A stretch of 64,000 nt of DNA from Clostridia bacterium. Lineage in GTDB: Bacteria > Bacillota > Clostridia > Christensenellales > Borkfalkiaceae. The position numbers were made by a program, and so were the translations under genes. Under the pieces are notes generated by a model. That model ran no database searches. It was given only the letters and a program-made list of their open reading frames with translations, and was not told the origin of the DNA. The stretch lies in contig JAFQWV010000027.1 in NCBI GenBank assembly GCA_017407325.1, positions 31,623 to 95,622 on the forward strand, given 5' to 3'. Positions within the stretch are counted from its first letter, which is position 1; each line of letters begins with the position of its first letter. Below, piece by piece: positions 58,501 through 62,339 of the stretch.

Positions 58501-60419
58501 CAAGGGTTATAAGTATCTTCAAGCCTATGACTCTCGTCGTTTGCAAACTGAGTTAACGCCCACTCAACTGCTCTTAAAAATTTGTCGTCACCAGAAAACT
58601 CGTAAGCATCGAATAAAACGCGGGTAGTTTGCAAGAAGTCAAGTCTTACGATATTGTTGAACTGGCTAGCACTTTCTGGATTAGGCGTGTCACTTGAATT
58701 GCTATATTGAACGATAGTACCGTCTTCACGGATATATCTTTCGAGATAATCAACCACGAATTGTTGATACTTATCTATCGTTTCTCCTTGAGTGTCTTCG
58801 TTTAAGTTATAAGAAAGGTTTACGAGCGAATTTAAGAAAATGCCGTTTACGTAGTTAAAGTAACCACGCCATTTTTCATCTTCACCAACCCACGAGCCTT
58901 GCACCATATTTTTCCATGCTTCGCCGTTAACCTTACTGTTATCCGTGGTTGTGTCTACGTGCCCTTCGATATAATCAAGAATCGCATCTTGATCAACTTC
59001 GTTAAACCAAAGTGCGTATAAAGTTATATCCTCACTTACCTTATCCAAGTCAAAATCAAACTCGTCTCTATAAGTCGATTTATCCGTAGTTTTATACCAA
59101 CCCATAAAGGTATAACCTGTTCTTTCTGGGTTCTCAGGTCTATCGACCATACCGTCGTCGCTTGCGACTTCCATCGTCTCTTTACCGTTAGACATTGTAC
59201 CGTCTTGCGCGTTAAACGTAATGGTATAATTATTCGCATTCCATTGCGCAACAAACGTTACGTCACTTGCTGGCATAGTAAACGTTCCGCCAGGCTGATA
59301 CGTATTATTACCGTATTTCCAGCCCGTAAACGTATATTTAGATCTTGTCGGAATAACGCTACTAATATTTATTTTATCGCCCGATTCGTACTGATTATTA
59401 TCACTCGGTGCACCGCTACCGCCGTTTGCATCATACGTCACCGTAAAATCAGTCTTTTCCGTCCAATTAGCAGTAAGTACTACATTGGCAGTTCCCATTG
59501 TAAACTGTCCGTTTGAAATTATGACACCACCACTTGTAACAGTCCAACCATCAAACAAGTAATTATCTTTAGTCGGATTAGAAGTTATAACGTCAGAAAT
59601 CTTTACCGTAGCACCTTCAGCAAAACTTCCACCGCTTACGTTACTAGTACTACCATTAAACTTACCACCGTTTAAATTATAAGTTACGGTATAAGTAGCC
59701 GCCGGCGTTTCACCTGCTGGAGTCATATCCGTAATACGTAAAGCACTAACTTTTACTTTTTTATTACTTCCAACCAATTCAACAGTATCAAATACTAAAG
59801 TACTAGTGCCAGCTGCAGCAGTTGTAAATTCAACATAACCAACTCTACCAGTACTTGAAGTGTGTTTGTAGTAATTCATAAAATCGGTAGGCGTGCTACC
59901 ACTAGCAAACGCAGTTGCATGTTTTGTAATATTCTTAGTTGAAGGAGTTTCAGAATTGAAAGAATACGAATAAGTAGGGCTCGATGTTAAATCAGCTGAA
60001 CCAGCGATTAACATTTCAACTTTTGCTGGATATAACAAGTTGAATTCAACAGTAATATCATCACTATGACCATTACTTTGCGTCAAAAGATTTTTGGATG
60101 TTCCACTAGCACCGTTAATAGAAACAGATTCAGCATCGCCTATTTTCCAATTTTGATTAGGTGATATAAAAGTAACATAATTAGCAGAACCAGTTGGCTG
60201 AACCGTTCCCAAAGTGTAACTCGTGCCAGATTTTGTAAGATATACAGTTTTAGCCCCAGTTATAGTAGCACTACTCAAATGCAAGTCAAATGTTTTATCG
60301 CCATTAGCAGCGCTTGCGGTGTATTTTGTGTCGAAGGTTGAAATGCCCACGCCAAAAGACACTACCATTAAAAACGATAGCGCAACGATTGCCAAACTTC
60401 TAAATTTCTTCTTAAACAT
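46578..60419 (-). CDS. giant secreted multidomain protein: Listeria-Bacteroides (InlB B-type) repeats, GH88/GH105-like domain, multiple beta-sandwich modules
   Basis: Uninterrupted 4613-codon ORF. AAAGGAG SD before the ATG. Signal peptide MFKKKFRSLAIVALSFLMVVSF. About 25 copies of the ..Y.V.Y..NGG ... Y.F.GW ... LYA.W repeat. No LPXTG or other anchor at the C-terminus. Confidence 0.9.
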   Translation of the reverse strand: MFKKKFRSLAIVALSFLMVVSFGVGISTFDTKYTASAANGDKTFDLHLSSATITGAKTVYLTKSGTSYTLGTVQPTGSANYVTFISPNQNWKIGDAESVSINGASGTSKNLLTQSNGHSDDITVEFNLLYPAKVEMLIAGSADLTSSPTYSYSFNSETPSTKNITKHATAFASGSTPTDFMNYYKHTSSTGRVGYVEFTTAAAGTSTLVFDTVELVGSNKKVKVSALRITDMTPAGETPAATYTVTYNLNGGKFNGSTSNVSGGSFAEGATVKISDVITSNPTKDNYLFDGWTVTSGGVIISNGQFTMGTANVVLTANWTEKTDFTVTYDANGGSGAPSDNNQYESGDKINISSVIPTRSKYTFTGWKYGNNTYQPGGTFTMPASDVTFVAQWNANNYTITFNAQDGTMSNGKETMEVASDDGMVDRPENPERTGYTFMGWYKTTDKSTYRDEFDFDLDKVSEDITLYALWFNEVDQDAILDYIEGHVDTTTDNSKVNGEAWKNMVQGSWVGEDEKWRGYFNYVNGIFLNSLVNLSYNLNEDTQGETIDKYQQFVVDYLERYIREDGTIVQYSNSSDTPNPESASQFNNIVRLDFLQTTRVLFDAYEFSGDDKFLRAVEWALTQFANDESHRLEDTYNPWHTPDEVNEVWLDGLYMYAPLYARYLAAGGKAQLGTTDFRYTVQGLIDQYAVVVNNMRDSDTGLYYHGYSADGAAPWANEDGVSSAFWSRGTGWLAMSLVDVLDYLPDETINEITFKNTTYTSSRAYLTAVFKDLMDSILAHQDPDSKMFYHVLNQGTIKNTDNYLETSGSAMFAYALMKGGKAGYLSGTYTTTAGGDPLSYNDIGRQVFEGIYAHSVSVSGSDINVYDICGATSLSDANSGLASTYVNKSAVANGSKGTAPFILAFIEYFNETVNKPTTPNVNERQIPLDANGGTLSGDEYIAAVVGNVYTGTLPTPTRDNYDFTGWYIDAQLTTQFVLNSTIITSDMVLYAGWELEDSVEAYTFTLDANGGSFAGGSETLSGIKVAIANPELLSSHIPSREHYDFAGFASSENATSADLFDANGDLIEDAELSNGTIYAVWTATEYTITIDFSAIVQDLTGSRNNYYNITYDFNGNTGINITAKLNSVINANFVDGFNAPTNVARTNYTFIAWIDQDGVEYAENAEIHPTKDMTLKPVFQIAPGSISSRVSASDSTVTWNSYTMDSDGKYVTTNADIYQNVRWTDLYADYLSDGYYTIIDNTGVTVKFDSSKCITDSTHRAITEPFIRIAANSKDFATIVIKEGYTAKVTVYGTTVTNSKNWTVSINGSTGDIIASSAFYTETNLFKEFTPGSYTTSSLSAGTYTISNGNASNNGFITGIKVELSKAPTFTVSFEENGGTSVSNVSNIAVGGKVSEPTAPTKTDYTFGGWYLDSNLTKAYDFNTVVTNDTTLYAKWNATGETPDTYTVTYNANGGANAPTDSTQYSSGDTVTISSTVPTRTNYIFAGWTSSAFSGTKQAGETFTMPENNVTLTASWTATYSVTYVDGVDGEEISMPSNSNRFKEGVTFTISGANPSRLGYTFAGWESSAFDGVKQANASFTMPASDVTLTATWNPITYNIAFNKNNEDATGEMSPIVATYGQATALTQNGFTLEGYTFKGWATSANGDVVYLNGESVENLANTQDATVTLYAVWEKKIDIPTEIENFIIYKNGEQLTVPNSQGIEVTFHGLSNMAEERTDIVFGSGDLQTGTVIKTGGSSKSTRYISFKVPSSVYSSFKVKVVGTPSSNGQINIWVSKTIGSSMGNGETAIITPSVSNTYLTGTSGSFDTADENGDDITYYLNFSSGARFYEISLELTTEINTDVERTISFVTDDNDARPFDGAIADQKVENGGSLDLTAIVPTTSSKGYVFSHWVDSLGNVYTDSIDNVLRDMTLYAKWYTVVDSADTPESTRGKVPLADAKVYGLYLPSTTTIRLANGSTASWTVDWDYVNATYATELDGNYTAKNISNYANIDVAGFYKVTGTISVPSGYLYEIGEVETSTITVESIVEVYVIGAQVMAGAGYMSDGRTAWNSGLTLTNDRYTLSENGEVSIVVDADNIGEITSDGIINLTGATFSNSSYKNDAPIKIDLPNEYSMLLIVIKVTNATKDNVSLWTEDGIQVPLSQTVGATYTNLSISTTDDYGNILYLFSSGNNTALHSIVVNAQYEDENINDENIEDSTNKLYYHTVINDNNSYGEAIEEPYNYLNQAKVIVKPQTEHLDLPDHYLFSRWATATSGTASYYNPGDVLTVTSETNNLYVIMEEEPKITITFDVNAPAGMTSDQISQVFGSFALEYKIYSGDSLDSMPDFSEVRFTVNGYEYTFDGWSPSITQDTTFNEDTTVTANWYTATLPVIVKDLEKTVQEGTTESEIINSLPTEFVVCDINGNETSDYDYAVIVGSWTSVAYNANVAGTYIFRATLDTAPSGTVWYSSWAGVEIDSQAYDRSQDGTYYVYCKVTVVEAEDYATYSAEFTAFAYTGSGDHVLYNNNSNTHDKAWSDYYQVATDEATIPGTIVARNGEVKIIADDETVVDEDDGITAALVDTDYHGQTWSMIKGYHQTSLNAPFIYVVVPKGYASVKISVYAVRFRASGNDVTLEVGPLNSGKDKMLVTDHSYTETDNETDFNYFYEFSPSYHIYEYSGDETVFTVRNTHRSTNIYLTGIKVECTMVEDESHIITYHANDGTDNALTREVVYAENGSGDDAIVEKNFFEREGYEFIGWSRTKGSDSIEQNYQVGKSLELDGNITLYAVWQRARALTYYANDGSTDSFTKYYTNGRGPLSENEFDMTAETREDKVFLSWNTQSNGQGDTYYPGDIFNPNASDNRLVGVIPEGTVLYAQWGSGKTLTAKWDAYSSELQAIDTVYTDCSQTLGNDWTTKYNGKIIAKNGDVLTIDASGATAGSNAMSKPMLSLAKGNTISVNVSGITTESALSIRVSAVVASGSSKFTINGTEYSVSRTFDDGSTFTPFVADIAVYATTVSEASTINITTTGNSAIYIVGISASVSNDQFVGNTLTYNNNIEGAEETYDYLVSGSTIVDINHFHRDGYTFAGWATTEGGAVAYTYGQELTVSEDITLYAKWTPITYNYEFISNEATHDGGTFNLVDGITKPSEDPTLNGYIFMGWYLDDGVFQNQATFDGENKFYPSFEMIDGDTIYLYAYFIEDIHTKEIVTPNELQDLEKYIVDVMENVYREEGSTSGTAIVSASALELPANVMVTGDGFGKNLAIDWSLAVSGWTLSSLQSGTQTLTGYIKLDDSDYGSFAFSDGVNENLQQIGVTLDLTLRNIIIQFTDNEPLVEKNFIYPIGTTKSAVISAFEVRGYYIDRSGVSKDWIPDSLVWTCDNFNKDIGNEYVFTTTLYADIGYAFITTNNEDETIESNTYQASAHVTIQDSKNANAGVGFERKDSSDWTQGVAGDLVIDSNGDVGNQLVLTGLSNSYANENGYLTLDAGENALKISIPNGVERVEVKFVGGVRTSNNSSTLSVVDASGNSLATSSDLAVYTNAELATLSINTNGLTELFVKSVGDETIISKLLINAYPVKTTSDNIVKVKFVYAGVEKYLSTDGSGTYANATPFVKSAKIELPTFAESGLNNAPAAQNIEFIGWSIDQSAQVASYQAGGLYDIDLYSDVIVEGNEEKVSTLYAVFNVGYYTLTFDSGFGNTVEYKIPKNKQVNEVITIRGVGREQALKDLELSRVGYNFVDWYYSNGEIFSSNIMLNDHVVVTADWTPKTYTINYKNGNELITTDMVSYTELFDAPVLAENPSYINTTRTFRTWTYNGADWNFGQASLESSGIITDNDIYEIDLQADFGAKVTFKTEYAEVVGSAYPVVQDSNVYPIGYRYALTDKFTNLMGYTFVGWSLVQNSPTAEYTTESVITLTENITLFAVWRANEYKITFESGNANIDFATLEVEGKTLENNSGMFTFNTELPTITATANGYVIHSWYYIDSQGFERTWVFDGDNPNKVMALEPDDETFTLYARWGITVNFEKFSVIANDDEFNQNADLYDSVIVPVGDAIPFVHTQGTASLGSALHVRPQIPGYSFVGWYTDNEGAQEFDINQAFTIDFINSLKANSTDTAVTIYAGFEKVTGNVVITFVDTFDTGATMPVSVQHANSTYFTVTAEYILPDNTVAEFEGWSLYPDGSGEIYGLDDEVFIEGDTVLYAFWTISITDIEIDTPTVRSDETIQVQIPYALDGINGEKVFESVFEIKWKLAEATNADDPSDETIYDLTMGAHNVAAGRYSVPVELVLESGYVWNGSNLELLDNGHYATTIEIIVLNSAVPYYIVKIYSIEDTTALNSDYRLDKVKAEISTNSTADSGTEITLAVTWNSQIDTTIWGTHYVLGSVHAGSYELKVGVSQTVSATIEVTKNGEENAYLYKTYQDGTMPNAPDAPSGFEFLCWTDKGVTAVGQNGTAPAGEWTAMYTKLSFTEGGSIRLNKDYTGIRFTAHLEFYGTNYVAELMKNKSNLSGAVSVTMNFNYEKDGTTYNVGTGQDFMNMTQSVEAGNAIITFSGVISDLVVYDNDGNFVNNDNCDIEFTPIAKVKLNGAEADSLTAGFSVSASHVASAVIGNYAEGTYQHSVLLDYTK
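57690..58982 (-). other. GH88/GH105-like (unsaturated glucuronyl/rhamnogalacturonyl hydrolase) domain within the giant protein (about aa 480-910)
   Basis: VWLDGLYMYAPLYA, SAFWSRGTGWLAMSLVD and NYLETSGSAMFAYALMKG match the (alpha/alpha)6 GH88/GH105 family motifs (YteR/UGL-like) as I remember them. Confidence 0.7.
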
Positions 60420-60528
60420 ATATGTACTCCTTTTCGGAAAAAGCCTTTTTTTGTTCTACTTTCCCCGACAACGGATTATTCCCGTATTTTACGCGCAAAA
60501 GCACGCGATAAATATTATAATATATAAT

Positions 60529-60557
60529 ATATTAACAAAACGCGACAAAATTGTCAA
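60529..60557 (-). promoter_or_regulatory. sigma-A-type promoter of the giant gene
   Basis: Minus strand reads TTGACA (60552-60557), 17-nt spacer, TAATAT (60529-60534); about 100-nt leader. Confidence 0.65.
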
Positions 60558-60632
60558 TAATATTATAAAAACTTGTAGCAGGTTGCAAGAAATTTTCCAC
60601 TTCATATAAAGCACATTGCACAAGAAAACAAA

Positions 60633-60727
60633 ATAAATTGCAAAATAAATTTTGCATAAATTGACGGCGTTTGCCGTCATAAATTGACCGCTAACTGCGT
60701 TCATAAATTGCAACCCAAGTTGCATTA
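60633..60727 (-). repeat. word-plus-hairpin array, word CAATTTAT (reverse orientation, 4 units)
   Basis: The plus strand reads ATAAATTG GCAAAATaaATTTTGC ATAAATTG GACGGCgtttGCCGTC ATAAATTG GACCGCtaactGCGTTC ATAAATTG GCAACccaaGTTGC. As written, the terminal G of each word and the first G of the next hairpin are the same base. Confidence 0.85.
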
Positions 60728-60765
60728 TGGTTATTTTTTCATTGCGAGCGTTACTTCTATTTATT

Positions 60766-60948
60766 CCTACCCCGTCATTGCGAGCGCGATTTATCGCGCG
60801 TGGCAATCTCTAAAGAACTAACCGAGCACTTTTAACGCCGAACACTAAAACAACCCACACGCACTTTATAGATTCTTACGCTTTCGCTCAGAATGACACT
60901 AATGAGTGTTGTAAAATAATTAGACGGCGTTTAAAAAAAACGCACGAC
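60766..60948 (+). repeat. 184-bp structured/MITE-like element, copy 1
   Basis: Starts CCTACCCCGTCATTGCGAGCGCGATTTATCGCGCGTGGCAATCTCTAAAG and ends AGACGGCGTTTAAAAAAAACGCACGAC. Contains internal long-range inverted repeats. Confidence 0.85.
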
Positions 60949-60954
60949 AATAAT

Positions 60955-61078
60955 GCAAATCGTGATTTGCAATTTATGAAAGTTTTAACTTTCAATTTAT
61001 GCGCCTAAAGCGCAATTTATGAACTTTGCAAAAGTTCAATTTATCGCAGTTTTTGCGAATAAAATTCGCAAAAACTGC
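60955..61078 (+). repeat. word-plus-hairpin array, word AATTTATG(A) (5 hairpins)
   Basis: GCAAATCgtGATTTGC, GAAAGTTttAACTTTC, GCGCctaaaGCGC, GAACTTTgcaAAAGTTC and a 15-bp stem GCAGTTTTTGCGAATaaaATTCGCAAAAACTGC. Words are at 60971, 60994, 61014 and 61038. Confidence 0.88.
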
Positions 61079-61169
61079 CCTATAACGCGATTATTGCACC
61101 ATTTTTTCCCCCTAGCCTTTCCCTTGAGGGGAAGGTGTCGCCCCGCGACGGATGAGGTGTAAGATTGTT

Positions 61170-61310
61170 AATGATGTGCAAAATAAATTTTGCATGATGC
61201 GCTAACTTGTCAGTTAGCATGAAGCGCAATCCTACTTTTTGCGCACGGATTACATGATGTGTAAGTATGCAAGCAACTTACATTGTGGTCGTGAACGCTA
61301 GCACGTTCCG
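61170..61310 (+). repeat. word-plus-hairpin array, word CATGATG/CATGAAG
   Basis: TGCAAAATaaATTTTGCA (same hairpin as at 60639-60656), GCTAACttgtcaGTTAGC, GCGCAA..TTGCGC, TGTAAGT..ACTTACA and GAACGctagcaCGTTC. Confidence 0.8.
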
Positions 61311-61390
61311 TGAATAACATATATTTTAATTTCGGACTGAAATTATTATATAAATCGTTTTTTGTCATTGCAGCGCGATTTTTATTTACT

Positions 61391-61574
61391 CCTACCCCGT
61401 CATTGCGAGCGCGATTTATCGCGCGTGGCAATCTCTAAAGAACTAACCGAGCACTTTTAACACCCGAACACTAAAATAACCCACAACGCACTTTAGAGAT
61501 TCTTACGCTTTCGCTCAGAATGACAATATTCAGTATTATAAAATAATTAGACGGCGTTTAAAAAAACGCACGAC
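61391..61574 (+). repeat. 184-bp structured/MITE-like element, copy 2
   Basis: Near-identical to 60766-60948 and 61707-61890. Confidence 0.88.
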
Positions 61575-61580
61575 CACAAT

Positions 61581-61672
61581 GCAAATCTGAGATTTGCAAA
61601 TCATGAAAGCCTGCTTTCAAATCACGAACGGCTTGCCGTTCAAATCATGAAGGCTCAGCCTTCAAATCATCC
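61581..61672 (+). repeat. word-plus-hairpin array, word AAATCATGA (4 units)
   Basis: GCAAATCtgaGATTTGC, GAAAGCctGCTTTC, GAACGGCttGCCGTTC and GAAGGCtcaGCCTTC. Words are at 61598, 61619, 61642 and 61664. Confidence 0.88.
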
Positions 61673-61706
61673 TCTAAGGCAACATATCGAGCGCGATTTT
61701 TTTACT

Positions 61707-61890
61707 CCTACCCCGTCATTGCGAGCGCGATTTATCGCGCGTGGCAATCTCTAAAGAACTAACCGCGCACTTTTAACACCCGAACGTAAAAACAACCCAC
61801 AACGCACTTTAGAGATTCTTACGCTACCGCTCAGAATGACAGTATTCAGTATTATAAAATAATTAGACGGCGTTTAAAAAAACGCACGAC
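61707..61890 (+). repeat. 184-bp structured/MITE-like element, copy 3
   Basis: Near-identical to copies 1 and 2. The word CATATCGAG is present both before it (61683-61691) and after it. Confidence 0.88.
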
Positions 61891-61896
61891 CTTTAT

Positions 61897-62004
61897 GAAA
61901 GTTAAAAACTTGCTATCGAGCAACCGTTAGGTTGCATATCGAGTTGCTCCAGCAACATATCGAGCGCGAACAAAGTTCGCGCATATCGAGTAGCCTTTAA
62001 GCTG
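61897..62004 (+). repeat. word-plus-hairpin array, word CATATCGAG (4-5 units)
   Basis: AAGTTaaaAACTT, CAACCgttaGGTTG, TTGCtccaGCAA, CGCGAACaaaGTTCGCG and TAGCctttaaGCTG. Words are at 61912, 61935, 61956 and 61982. Confidence 0.88.
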
Positions 62005-62080
62005 CCCAATACTGCCGTACGGTTACTAGCGTCAAAAATTGCCAAATTTCAGGCGATTTTATGCTTTTTGGTCGAGTATT

Positions 62081-62124
62081 CAAAAAAGGCGCGAATTTGC
62101 CAAATAACGGCAAATTCGCGCCTT
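62081..62124 (-). terminator. second terminator-like hairpin downstream of the mini-ORF
   Basis: 16-bp stem AAGGCGCGAATTTGCC / GGCAAATTCGCGCCTT, followed by a T-run on the minus strand. Confidence 0.6.
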
Positions 62125-62139
62125 AAAATCAATATTTAT

Positions 62140-62187
62140 TAAAAACATAAAAATTAAAAGCCTTGCGAAATACTTCGCAAGGCTTTA
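62140..62187 (-). terminator. intrinsic terminator after the mini-ORF
   Basis: AAAGCCTTGCGAAatacTTCGCAAGGCTTT, followed on the minus strand by TTTAATTTTTATGTTTTT. Confidence 0.85.
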
Positions 62188-62201
62188 AGATTGTTTTTTA
62201 A

Positions 62202-62330
62202 TTACCAAACGATACCGATATCGTCTGCGTCAACGTCGTTGTCAGCACCTAATTGACTTGCAGTTACAACGTCTTCTGTAAAGAAGGTAATTTCAAATTG
62301 TAATTCTTCATAATTTTTCATAATTTTCAT
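62202..62330 (-). CDS. candidate 42-aa highly acidic mini-protein
   Basis: AGGAGGT SD is directly upstream of ATG 62330, 9 nt after the stop of the upstream repeat-protein gene. Peptide is MKIMKNYEELQFEITFFTEDVVTASQLGADNDVDADDIGIVW. A terminator follows. Confidence 0.5.
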   Translation of the reverse strand: MKIMKNYEELQFEITFFTEDVVTASQLGADNDVDADDIGIVW

Positions 62331-62339
62331 ACCTCCTAA

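Noticed and set aside
60489-60806. ORF-track ORFs 60489-60806 and 61210-61431 (both begin MPRAINRARNDGVG), plus 60223-60609
   Set aside because: They are translations of the repeated 184-bp element or of the giant-gene leader. They lack an SD, and the shared N-terminus simply reflects DNA repeat identity.
60633-62004. Possible CRISPR arrays (regularly alternating constant and variable segments)
   Set aside because: The constant part is only 7-9 nt and non-palindromic. The variable part is 12-17 nt and itself palindromic. Arrays have only 4-5 units, and no cas genes are present. The geometry is the inverse of CRISPR.
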